Positions 42,546 to 55,337 of a stretch of DNA of 64,000 nucleotides are shown piece by piece. The notes under the pieces were generated by a model, which saw only the letters and a program-made list of their open reading frames with translations, was not told the origin of the DNA and searched no databases. Origin of the DNA: Octopus vulgaris (taxonomy: Eukaryota); the NCBI GenBank assembly GCA_951406725.2, contig OX597818.1:59334001-59398000 (forward strand), in the 5' to 3' direction. How positions within the stretch are numbered: the first letter of the stretch is position 1; each line of letters opens with the position of its first letter. The position numbers were made by a program, and so were the translations under genes.

Positions 42546-42824
42546 ACTTCATAGAAGCAGTCTGACACGGAGTCTTTCATGCATTTCGTGAGTGCAACTA
42601 AGCAACTAAGCAAAGCGTTTTCTTAGTTAATAGTTTTACGTTTTACTTTTCGTATAAAAACCAGCTACGACCGAAATGCAACTTCTATTTAGAAAACGCC
42701 AACAGCAGCTGCAGTGTAAATCTCATGAGAATACATTTCATAGAATCAGGCAGTTTCTTTCCAGTCAGAGAGAGAATGAAGACAGTTTCTTTCTCTTTAT
42801 GTGTGTGACTTTCTTTCTCTCTCT

Positions 42825-42864
<40 letters not shown>

Positions 42865-43162
42865 CACACACTCTTTTCTCAATATAGTAACGATCAGAAA
42901 TATATGTTAAAGAAAACAAGAAAAGCAACTTATTTTTTTTTAATATTGTATAAAACTGAATGTTCTCATGTGTAAAGTAACAAAATTGTCGGGTTGAAAT
43001 ATGTATCGCAGTTTGTGGTGGCAAATTTCTTTTGAAAATTTAACATACTGCATGAAGCATTTGCAACATTCAACATTTTACAAGAACAGATACGCACACG
43101 GGATAATATTCAAGCACACACAGAGATGTATAAATGTGCGTATATATGATATATATATGTAT

Positions 43163-43399
43163 ACTCTCTTTTACTCTCTCTTTTACTTGTTTCAGTCATT
43201 TGACTGCGGCCATGCTGGAGCACCGCCTTTAATCGAGCAACTCGACCCCGGGACTTATTCTTTTATTTTTTTTAAAAGCCCTGTACTTATTCTATCGGTC
43301 TCTTTTACCGAACCGCTAAGTAACGCGGACATAAACACACCAGCATCGGTTGTCAAGCAATGCTAGGGAGACAAACACAGACACACAAACACACAATCG

Positions 43400-43410
<11 letters not shown>
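43163..43410 (-). mobile_element. SINE family 2, 3' half (duplicate 54652-54900)
   Basis: Reverse complement of family 2 tail and body. Confidence 0.85.
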
Positions 43411-43449
<39 letters not shown>

Positions 43450-43450
<1 letters not shown>

Positions 43451-43847
43451 TAGCAGTATCGCCCGGCGTTGCTCGGGTTTGTAAGGGAAATAACTATATA
43501 AGCATTTTTAGAGAGTTATAGCAAAAATATAGCCAAAAAATCCATTAAAAATGGAAAAAAATGATGGTAAAACTTTTCTTTAAATCGTTGACTCATCGTA
43601 GACACTTTTAGAGGGTCACTTCCCTTATATTAAAAAAAATATGCATTGAAATAGAAAAGAAAATGATGGTAAATTATTTTTTAAATCGTAGACTCATTGT
43701 AGACGCGCGCTAATACCCAGAAGGGCTCGATATGAATCACGACTATAAGATACTCGGTTTTGGTTAAACTGCACCGCAAAATGTAGGAGTAGTTAGGAAT
43801 CTAAATCGGAGTAGACAGACACACAACCTTTCTTTTATATATAAAGA
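43450..43847 (-). mobile_element. Non-autonomous Helitron
   Basis: Minus strand starts a|TCTTTATATATAAAAG, ends with hairpin CCCGAGCAACGCCGGG then CTAG|t; no TSD. Confidence 0.85.
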
Positions 43848-45654
43848 TATTCCATTATACATAAAGATATGTCGCTATGATAAACATTAAGGAAGATAAA
43901 GTCTGTAGTGGAAGCTTTTAATCATAGCTTCGTTTTCTACATTTTGAGTTCATATCTCATTGGTCAAAGATTCAATTTCCAATTCCTTTGGTCTTCGGTA
44001 TAAGTCAAATAGAGTCGGTTGAAATAACTGAACGTTTCCACCTCAAAATGCCTGCCACGTATTTATTACAATTTCGCAATTTATATATGATTGAGTTGGA
44101 GTAAAATAATCTTACATTTCTCGCAGTCGCTTATGTCTTCCGAGTTAATGTATCGCAACACAAAATAAATTTGGAATATATATTTTCATAATGAACAAAG
44201 AATATTCGGGAATTTAGCGGAATACATTCAGTTGGCTCTAACCCTCAGCTAAAATGAATACGGCAGTTATTTGGAGTCTTACTCTGTTCATAATGGCCGT
44301 CTGTTATTAATAACATAGATACTGACTTAGGAATATTCCATTGAACGTAAGATTATTTCGTTAAGATAAACTCTGAGGAAGATAACGTGTCCGTTCTTTT
44401 GTATGTGTCGTTGGTTAAACAGTCCGTCCAATGCACAAAGAATCATCACTCTAACACAAGCCGCACCTATGATGGTCCCCGTGTTGTATAAGTTGTAGTG
44501 AGCCGTATCCACTTCCGCATAGGCTGTTCAATAGGATGCAAGCCTAGAAACTGTGGGACGTCATTCCCACACGTCATTGAAAAGTAGTTGCCAGAGCGAT
44601 ATTGTCGACGACGATGGACTGACTCAGAGGCACTGAATTGAGTTTTTATCCCGGATTCACACCCGAAGCTGTGCCTGTGGCTTCATATTGTTATATGGCA
44701 GGTGTGCTTCGGAGTTCACCTGAGGATAACATGCAGTTTAATGCTGGAAAAATCCAAACCCTGCGCGCTACCAGCACCCAAAACTGAACGAAAAACGTAC
44801 AGGGTTCATTGGCCCATGGACGATTGCAATCCCAGAACCTAAATCCGTGCATGACCTGCTGAGTGATATGAGGAATGTACACATTACCAAGTACACATTA
44901 CTAAGATGGCGACAAAGTGCAGACAGCTGGTTAGCTGGATCTTGAGATACATCAAAATCACAGAGGAGGAAATCATGATGGTTATCTGGAGAATATCCGT
45001 CCTCACTGCCCTGGACTACTCCTTCCAACTATGGTTACCCCACAGTATAAACATAACAGCGGACCATAAAAGCTTCACAAAGACGATCGTCTCATATAAC
45101 AGCCAGGCAGGTGTGCTAAGTCCACCTGGAGGATAACATGCAGTTTAATGCTGGAAAAATCCAACCCTTGGTACCAGATTTTAACGTTGAAATCTACACA
45201 AATGCCAGAACGGTTCACTGGCCCAAGGACGATTGCATTGCAATCCCAGAACCTAAATCAGGACCAGTTAGTGCAACAGCCTGGGTTTCAGGGGCCCATA
45301 GCTTCTTAATATTCTCTCAAAAACCCAGAGACCTACACAAAGTGGATGTATGTGTTTTAAAATCAAAACTGATTCTCTAACTGTCGAGAGTCCTAGATGA
45401 CCCTACCTCGCGACAGGAGGCGCAAATGGGGATAGAGCAACATCAAACTCCTTTATTCACCAAATGCCACTTATCAGTGGAGGCTCACAATAGTAGCAGC
45501 GTAGCAAAACTATGCCTCAGGATGGGCAAAGCTTGAAGCTGAAACCGATTAGCATATATATATATATTTCCTTCCAGTCATTCAAAATGTGACCGCGTGT
45601 GTACCGTTGGCGATTCTTTCCCGTCTTCCGTTCTCTAGATCTTTCCTTCTCCTA

Positions 45655-45690
45655 TGTTTCCGACGAAGAGCTCTGCTCGAAACGTTAAAC
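45655..45690 (+). ncRNA. Minimal hammerhead-like motif, CCGA variant (minus copies ~36740-36775 and ~47688-47722)
   Basis: gttt-CCGACGA-a-gagc-tct-gctc-GAAACGTT-aaac; stem I GTTT/AAAC, stem II GAGC/GCTC, palindromic AACGTT stem III. Confidence 0.5.
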
Positions 45691-45744
45691 CCTCCTTCTT
45701 TCCTTCTCTCCTGAGCCTCCAATAATACTATAATTGTTCCACGT

Positions 45745-45844
45745 NNNNNNNNNNNNNNNNNNNNNNNNNNNNNNNNNNNNNNNNNNNNNNNNNNNNNNNN
45801 NNNNNNNNNNNNNNNNNNNNNNNNNNNNNNNNNNNNNNNNNNNN
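45745..45844. other. Assembly gap (100 N)
   Basis: Run of exactly 100 N, typical of a scaffolding gap. Confidence 0.99.
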
Positions 45845-48800
45845 TTATTATTATGTAGATAGCGCAGTTTAGAGTATATTATACCTTCGGAAAAATTAGT
45901 CTGTTTAAATAAATGATACCTAACTCTGACGAGTATGTTCAAAATTGTTTTAATATTGCCAGAAATTCCTTCCTGGTAATTCAGACTGAAAACACTTGAA
46001 TCATCTTTTGAATGATTAGAAATTAGATATGATTTTGGCGAAAAAACTTACTCAAAATTAATTAGTGCCACAACGTATTCTAATTTGCGATAACATATCT
46101 TCAGGAAACAGACGGTTGTCAGTCAGTGATGTTTATATCATAAAATAGATTTATAATAAAATTGCACTCAAATAATGAGGTGGAGTACAACGATAAATTT
46201 ACGATGTGTAAACCCGTTTTTTATGCGTTCAGTATCAAAAGAAATAAAACGCGCCACCATATTGTTAAATGGGCTAATGCTAGTAGCAGCACTTTGTCCA
46301 TTTTGTACCCACACTAAAATGTTTCTCTCGCCATTAGACGCTAATGGAATCAATAAAAATTTTACTTTTCATCTGGATCGATATTTTTTTCCTTTCTTTT
46401 ATGCTTTTCTCTCTTTCAAAAAAAAAATGTAGCTAAAAGGTTGAAGGGAACGGAAAACGACGACCAGTAGATAAATCGGTATGAAAAACACAGTAAAATG
46501 TTACTGGCGTGCAAAGAAATAATAATAAATAATTCAATGAAATTGATGGAAGTTTTCTATTAAACAAAAAGACAAAAATATATTTTTGACCTAACGTTTA
46601 CAGTGAGTTAGGAGATTATTGTTATTAAGATATTTTTTATTTGATTTCTTCAAATAAATCACGTCAAGTAATATTTATTAACGCCAACCGCTTTTACAAA
46701 TGGAATTTCATATTTGTTATAAAGACAAAAAATTATGCCATTATCTGTATGTTTTCTCTCAGAAAATGCTAAATATATTTTTGCTTTATAATAATTGCTT
46801 TCTAATTTAAGAACAAGGGAACCAATTTTGAAGGGAGGAGTTTTATTTCAGGAATGTTCAATGTCCTTGCAAGAGTCAGTTCGTCTGCTGTTTCTCGCAT
46901 GAGGGATTTCATAGAATTTCCGTCAATGTCCGAAATATTTGTAGATATAGATATTACACTTTAGTCGTTCCTAATATGGAACTATCATGTCACAAAAATC
47001 TTCAGGATTTGAAATTATTTCCAATGGGGTTGTTGATTAATTTTGAAATACACCTATACCATATTTTTGTTTGAGTAGCATAGTTAAAACCTTATAAATG
47101 TTATGGAGCATTAGTAATGATGTAACTAAATGAAGGCAACCAGTTCTATTCAAAGTATAATTACAGTTAACGGGTAATATTTTCCCAAAACTAGTTTGGC
47201 AGAACATGGTTGAACAGCTCAAGGATTTGTTCTGAAAATAATAACAATGAAATTGAATGGGTATCAATTTTAATCCATAGAGTCTTGTTTGACACTGTAG
47301 CTACAGTATATGAAATAATTACTGTGCAACACCGACGTCTCTAAGAGTTTTCCTAATCTGCTAGAAATAGCAGTCAAATTTTCGTTTAATTGTAAAGAAA
47401 GAAAAGTTACACTAGATAGGAGAATTTTAATACATGGATTCTGAAACCAACGGAATTGCTACAGCTGGATTGATACTCATCATGACTATTTACAATCAAA
47501 AGAGACTGCATGGAATCATATCAGAGAATTTAGTAGACGGAACTCTGATTGGAATATATTCAGGCATGTATATATATATATATAAAGTTAATCCAAACAA
47601 GAAAGCACAAAAAAAAAACACAACAACGCGAGGACGTGGAACAATTATAGTATTATTGGAGGCTCAGGAGAGAAGGAAAGAAGGAGGGTTTAACGTTTCG
47701 AGCAGAGCTCTTCGTCGGAAACATAGGAGAAGGAAAGATCTAGAGAACGGAAGACGGGAAAGAATCGCCAACGGTACACACGCGGTCACATTTTGAATGA
47801 CTGGAAGGAAATATATATATATATGCTAATCGGTTTCAGCTTCAAGCTTTGCCCATCCTGAGGCATAGTTTTGCTACGCTGCTACTATTGTGAGCCTCCA
47901 CTGATAAGTGGCATTTGGTGAATAAAGGAGTTTGATGTTGCTCTATCCCCATTTGCGCCTCCTGTCGCGAGGTAGGGTCATCTAGGACTCTCGACAGTTA
48001 GAGAATCAGTTTTGATTTTAAAACACATACAACCACTTTGTGTAGGTCTCTGGGTTTTTGAGAGAATATTAAGAAGCTATGGGCCCCTGAAACCCAGGCT
48101 GTTGCACTAACTGGTCCTGAAACACGATGGCGTTGTTAGAATGTTTGGTATTATGCAGTGGTAAACCGTTCTGGCCTTTGTGTAGATTTCAATGTCAAAA
48201 TCTGGTACCATCCATTCCAGGATCTTCCAGATGTATATTACTGCATATTTCTCCTGCCTTTGCTCCAGGGAGTGAGAGACTTAGTTGTGTCAGCGTATCC
48301 CAGTACCTGAGCTGTTGCAATGAGACGATCGTCTTTGTGAAGCTTTTATGGTCCGCTGTTATGTCTATACTGTGGGGTAACCATAGTTGGAAGGAGTAGT
48401 CCAGGGCAGTGAGGACGGATATTCTCCAGATAACCATCATGATTTCCTCCTCTGTGATTTTGATGTATCTCAAGATCCAGCTAGCCAGCTGTCTGCACTT
48501 TGTCGCCATCTTAGTAACGTGTACTTGGTAATGTGCACTTGGAAAGAGGTGCCATCCCTCATATCACTTACCAGGTCATGCACTGATTTAGGTTCTGGGA
48601 TTGCAATGCAATCGTCCTTGGGCCAGTGAACCCTGTAAGTTTTTCGTTCAGTTTTGGGTGCTGGTAGCGAAGGGTTGGATTTTTCCAGCATTAAACTGCA
48701 TGTTATCCTCAGGTGGACTCCGAAGCACACCTGCCTGGCTGTTATATGAAGCCACAGACACAGCTTCGGGTGTCAATCCGGGATAAAAATCCCAATTCAG

Positions 48801-50272
48801 TGCCTCTGAGTCAGTCCATCGTCGTCGACAATATCGCTCTGGCAACTACTTTTCAATGACGTGTGGGAATGACGTCCCACAGTTTCTAGGCTTGCATCCT
48901 ATTGAACAGCCTATGCGGAAGAGGATACGGCTCACTACAACTTATACAACACGGGGACCATCATAGGTGCGGCTTGTGTTAGAGTGATGATTCTGTGTGC
49001 ATTGGACGGACTGTTTAACCAACGACACATACAAAAAACGGACACGTTATCTTCCTCAGAGTTTATCTTACGAAATAATCTTACGTTCAATGGAATATTC
49101 ATTATAAGTCAGTATCCATCTTATTAATAACAGACGGCCATTATGAACAGAGTAAGACTCCAAATAACTGCCCTATTCATTTTAGCTGAGGGTTAGAGCC
49201 AACTGAATGTATTCCGCTAAATTCCTCGAATATTCTTTGTTCATTACGAAAATATATATTCCAAATTTATTTTGTGTTGCGATACATTAACTCGGAAGAC
49301 ATAAGCGACTGCGAGAAATGTAAGATTATTTTACTCCAACTCAATCATATATAAATTGCTGAAATTGTAATAAATACGTGGCAGGCATTTTGAGGTGGAA
49401 ACGTTCAGTTATTTCAACCGACTCTATTTGACTTATACCGAAGACCAAAGGAGTTGGAAATGAATCTATGACCAATGAGATGTGAACTCAAAATGTAGAA
49501 AACGAAGCTATGATTAAAAGCTTCCACTACAGACTTTATCTTCGTTAATGTTTATCATAGTGACATATCTTTATGTATAATGGAATATTTCTTATAAAAC
49601 TGTATCTGTTTTTATCATGCACATCTGCACAATCGATTTCTAAGGTTCGCTGACTAGTTTATTTAATATGCTTTTTTCGATAGTAAACACATTTTAAGAG
49701 ATATTCTGTTTACGCGTATTACTACATAAAACTTTAAAATAAGATCGTAACGCATATAAAACAACCACAGCAACGATAATCTTTTACGGTATACGATATC
49801 ATTACGACTTTTGATATCACGCATTGCTAGAAGGGTTTATTTATGCAAAGAAGAGACACGTATCTTGTATAGGTTGTAATCTGATATATTCATTGTGTAT
49901 ATTTTTCATTGCAAAATAGATACTCCTAAAATTGTTGCATTAATTGTTGTTTTTCCTTCTATCATACGACAATTGTATTGTTACAATGGCCAGCAATCCA
50001 TGAAATAAAATAAGCATTTCAATGCAGTCCCACCACATTTTTCTTTTTTATTGAAGTTGTGATTGCTAAACAGAATTTAGATTTATTTATTTAGAAATGT
50101 TTGGGATTACAAACAAACAGAATTTTTTTTTTTTTACACAAGTTTGTGTGTTGGTATATGTGCGCGAATATATATAGATGCGTATGTATCATTGTACAAA
50201 AAAAAATATTTCTTTCTATACACATACACACACGCATACATAAATATATAAATATTTATGTATATATCTGCG

Positions 50273-50320
<48 letters not shown>

Positions 50321-50354
50321 TATATATATATATATATATATTTGTGTATATACT

Positions 50355-50385
<31 letters not shown>

Positions 50386-50448
50386 CTGTGTATTCTTATA
50401 TAAATATATATATATATATGTGTGCATGACTGAGCATGTGTACATATG

Positions 50449-50494
<46 letters not shown>

Positions 50495-50540
50495 TATATA
50501 ATACATAATACTGTATGTAATAACATACACATTCATATCT

Positions 50541-50586
<46 letters not shown>

Positions 50587-50959
50587 ATTATATAATAGAC
50601 CACAGTATCGGATTTTGAATTACATCGCTGATAACAATGCACCTTCTTTATTTCTTTCGAATGATGTCATGACCTGAGTGCGTGAACTCTTTACGCACAC
50701 TCACACACAAACATATCTATAACTATCAGGCTATATACATATATGAATAATTACATACACACACACATATATACGTATGTATATATATATAACGTGATTA
50801 TATAATAGATAACACTATCGAATCTTGAATTACATCGCTGATCAAAATGAGCCTTCTTTATTTGTTTCGAATTATACCATAACCTGTGTGCGTGAACGTT
50901 TTAAGTACACACACAAACATATCTATAAATATCTAGCTATACACATATACGTATACATG

Positions 50960-51028
<69 letters not shown>

Positions 51029-51101
51029 CAATATATATATAGCGGCCGTTACATTGAAGGAGTCATTCTACTGTTTTAGTACCTTTGGATTATTGCAGAA
51101 A

Positions 51102-51191
51102 ATCCATTCTGAAGAGGAATGTGGTTAGTAGAGTTTATATTTTGGGATATTCTTTATTTAAAACCTGATTCCGAAACGCGCGTCTATGGAT
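51102..51191 (+). ncRNA. Type I hammerhead ribozyme, consensus core
   Basis: atccatt-CTGAAGA(51109)-ggaat...attcc-GAAAC(51173)-GCGC-GTC-tatggat; stem I ATCCAT/ATGGAT, GUC triplet; inside a (TA)n-flanked element 51040-51365. Confidence 0.75.
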
Positions 51192-51593
51192 AATCGGATA
51201 TTGATTGATTTTCGTTACGTTACCCTCTGCCTGGATGAATAAGATTCAGGTATTATGGTTTCTCTAGTAGACCTTTTTTTAAGTAGAAGAAATGGCTTAG
51301 ATTTTGGCTGCTATTTCTGAATAGTATGTGGTGATGCATTTCTTTTGCTGATCCCTTAATATTAGTATATATATATATATATATATATATTAGATATTTC
51401 AATCACCTGAAAATTGACTGTAACTCGAATTTTTACGAATTGGACAGCCATGAAACGATCGTAGTGTTATACTCATTATCTGTTTTTAATAATTTTGATA
51501 TATATTTAAAATAATATTAATTAATTAATCTTATGTATTGGCTTAAGTTTTTCATTGTATGATTTGCCTAATAGTGGTTTTATCTCTAATTTA

Positions 51594-51646
<53 letters not shown>

Positions 51647-51670
51647 GTGTGTGTGATTGTGTATAGAAGA

Positions 51671-52123
51671 ATATATTAATAAAAAGAATTCCAACCTTGT
51701 CTGATTTTCACGTTTTATTTACAATCTTATAATGATATATTATAAGATAATATATTATAATTGAATAAAATAAAATGAAATAGTAGAATGTTAAATATTC
51801 ATTCTGATTGAACTAGTACTTTCATGCATTGAATTTTGCAATCTTCGGGTTCATGTAGTAGTGTTGACAGTCATGCTTCACAATTTTTGACTGTCCCTAA
51901 ATTGTGAAGTCAAAAATTGTGAAGCATGACTGTCAACACTACTACATGAACCCGAAGATTGCAGAATTCAATGCATGAAAGTACTAGTTCAATCAGAATG
52001 AATATTTAACATTCTACTATTTCATTTTATTTTATTCAATTATAATATATTATCTTATAATATATCATTATAAGATTGTAAATAAAACGTGAAAATCAGA
52101 CAAGGTTGGAATTCTTTTTATTA

Positions 52124-52129
<6 letters not shown>
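51671..52129. repeat. Near-perfect hairpin, ~220-bp arms, 15-nt loop, hammerhead-like motif in each arm
   Basis: Arms 51671-51892 and 51908-52129; right arm tgaac-CCGAAGA-t-tgca..tgca-t-GAAA-GTAC-TA-gttca at 51947-51991. Confidence 0.92.
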
Positions 52130-52157
<28 letters not shown>

Positions 52158-52453
52158 CGATGTAATCCATCGTAACTGCCTCGCTGGGATGCGTTGGGAT
52201 GGACACTTACTTCGATTGAAGATGACACGTACGGACTTGTTTCGAAGGAATTGCACGTGGTAAACATCCGAAACAGAAACCTTAAAAAATGTTTTAGGGA
52301 CGTCGTCAGAAAAAGCTTTATGGATCATAAGGTGGATATTGGTGACTGTGAGCAAATGATGGAGAATAGATTGGTTTGGAAACAAGTGTTGCACGATGGT
52401 TGTGAAGCAAGTGGAACGTGCAATCGGACGTACCGTCATTATACGAGCACATC

Positions 52454-52839
52454 GGAGGCGCAATGGCCCAGTGGTTAGGGCAGCGGACTCGCGGTCATAG
52501 GATCACGGTTTCGATTCCCAGACCGGGCGTTGTGAGTGTTTATTGATCGAAAACACCTAAAGCTCCACGAGGCTCCGGCGGGGGATGGTGGTGATCCCTG
52601 CTGTACTCTTTCACCACAAATTTCTCTCACTCTTACTTCCTGTTTCTGTTGTACCTGTATTTCAAAGGGCCGGCCTTGTCACTCTCTGTATCACGCTGTA
52701 TATCCCCGAGAACTACGTTAAGGGTACACGTGTCTGTGGAGTGCTCAGCCACTTACACGTTAATTTCACGAGCAGGCTGTTCCGTTGATTCGGATCAACT
52801 GGAATTCTCGTCGTCGTAACCGACGGAGTGCTTCCATCC
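52454..52839 (+). mobile_element. SINE family 1 (block B copy)
   Basis: Same insertion site and TSD as 41293-41679. Confidence 0.9.
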
Positions 52840-53009
52840 ATACGAGCACATCGCAAATAGGTCTTCACTTCAATCCCAAACACTTTCCGGCCTCAAAGTA
52901 TTTGTAACATCTACTTTAGCGTCTGTTTTTCAAAAGCTGAACTTCCTACTCATAGGAGATCTCTTGACAGCATTTAGTAATTGAATAGATGGCCTTTCAT
53001 AAAGAAGCA

Positions 53010-53054
<45 letters not shown>

Positions 53055-53512
53055 CACTACAAATTTTTATATACTTCTGTCAGCACAAACACATAATCTT
53101 TCTTCTTTTTTTCTTCTTCTTCTTCTTCTTCTTCTTCTTCTTCTTCTTCTTCTTCTTCTTCTTCTCCTCCTCCTCCTCCTCCTCCTTCTGCTTCTTCTTT
53201 TTCTTCTTCTTCTTTCTTCTTCTTTTTCTTCTTCTTCTTCCTCTACTGCTACCTTTTTTCTTCCTCAATTTCTTCTACTCCTTCTTCCTTCTCCTCTTCT
53301 TCTTCGTCTTCTTCTTCTTCTTCTTATTATTATTATTATTATCATTATTAATCATCATCCTTATCATCATCATCATCATCACCACCACCACCACCACCAC
53401 CACCACCACCACCATCATCATGATCATCATCATCATCATCATCATCTGCATCATCAACACCACCACCACCACCACCACCACCACCACTACCACCACCACC
53501 ACCACCACCACC

Positions 53513-53546
<34 letters not shown>

Positions 53547-53608
53547 TCATCTTCATCATCAACACCACCACCACCACTACCACCACTACCACCACCACCG
53601 CCACCACC

Positions 53609-53641
<33 letters not shown>

Positions 53642-53707
53642 TTCATCATCAACACCACCACCACCACTACCACCACTACCACCACCACCACCACCACCAC
53701 CACCACC

Positions 53708-53740
<33 letters not shown>

Positions 53741-53791
53741 TTCATCATCAACACCACCACCACCACCACCACTACCACCACCACCACCACC

Positions 53792-53825
<34 letters not shown>

Positions 53826-53981
53826 TCATCATCTTCATCATCAACACCACCACCACCACTACCACCACCACCACCACCACCACCACCACCACCACCACCA
53901 CCACCGCCACCACCACCACCACCATTCATGATCATCATCATCATCATCATCATCTTCATCATCAACACCACCACCACCACC

Positions 53982-54015
<34 letters not shown>

Positions 54016-54888
54016 TCATCATTACTACCACTACTTCATAGAAGCAGTCTGACACGGAGTCTTTCATGCATTTCGTGAGTGCAACTAAGCAACTAAGCAA
54101 AGCGTTTTCTTAGTTAATAGTTTTACGTTTTACTTTTCGTATAAAAACCAGCTACGACCGAAATGCAACTTCTATTTAGAAAACGCCAACAGCAGCTGCA
54201 GTGTAAATCTCATGAGAATACATTTCATAGAATCAGGCAGTTTCTTTCCAGTCAGAGAGAGAATGAAGACAGTTTCTTTCTCTTTATGTGTGTGACTTTC
54301 TTTCTCTCTCTCCTTCTCTCTCTCTCTCTCCTTCTCTCTCTCTCTCTCTGTTTCACACACTCTTTTCTCAATATAGTAACGATCAGAAATATATGTTAAA
54401 GAAAACAAGAAAAGCAACTTATTTTTTTTTAATATTGTATAAAACTGAATGTTCTCATGTGTAAAGTAACAAAATTGTCGGGTTGAAATATGTATCGCAG
54501 TTTGTGGTGGCAAATTTCTTTTGAAAATTTAACATACTGCATGAAGCATTTGCAACATTCAACATTTTACAAGAACAGATACGCACACGGGATAATATTC
54601 AAGCACACACAGAGATGTATAAATGTGCGTATATATGATATATATATGTATACTCTCTTTTACTCTCTCTTTTACTTGTTTCAGTCATTTGACTGCGGCC
54701 ATGCTGGAGCACCGCCTTTAATCGAGCAACTCGACCCCGGGACTTATTCTTTTATTTTTTTTAAAAGCCCTGTACTTATTCTATCGGTCTCTTTTACCGA
54801 ACCGCTAAGTAACGCGGACATAAACACACCAGCATCGGTTGTCAAGCAATGCTAGGGAGACAAACACAGACACACAAACACACAATCG

Positions 54889-54940
<52 letters not shown>

Positions 54941-54941
<1 letters not shown>

Positions 54942-55337
54942 TAGCAGTATCGCCCGGCGTTGCTCGGGTTTGTAAGGGAAATAACTATATAAGCATTTTT
55001 AGAGAGTTATAGCAAAAATATAGCCAAAAAATCCATTAAAAATGGAAAAAAATGATGGTAAAACTTTTCTTTAAATCGTTGACTCATCGTAGACACTTTT
55101 AGAGGGTCACTTCCCTTATATTAAAAAAAATATGCATTGAAATAGAAAAGAAATGATGGTAAATTATTTTTTAAATCGTAGACTCATTGTAGACGCGCGC
55201 TAATACCCAGAAGGGCTCGATATGAATCACGACTATAAGATACTCGGTTTTGGTTAAACTGCACCGCAAAATGTAGGAGTAGTTAGGAATCTAAATCGGA
55301 GTAGACAGACACACAACCTTTCTTTTATATATAAAGA
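54941..55337 (-). mobile_element. Non-autonomous Helitron (block B copy)
   Basis: As 43450-43847. Confidence 0.85.

Larger units (their letters stand above)
34900..45744. repeat. ~11 kb block A, tandemly repeated as block B (45845-56584)
   Basis: Both begin TATTATTATGTAGATAGCGCAG and are colinear; paired ORFs such as 35223/46168, 41033/52194, 43001/54490. Confidence 0.95.

Noticed and set aside
41821-42613. Poly-His/Thr/Gly/Val ORFs of 180-316 aa (also 52981-54100)
   Set aside because: Stop-free trinucleotide repeats open in nearly all frames; no splice or domain evidence.
49130-50120. Possible further membrane-protein pseudogene
   Set aside because: Hydrophobic translations are expected from AT-rich DNA and no ordered motifs were found.
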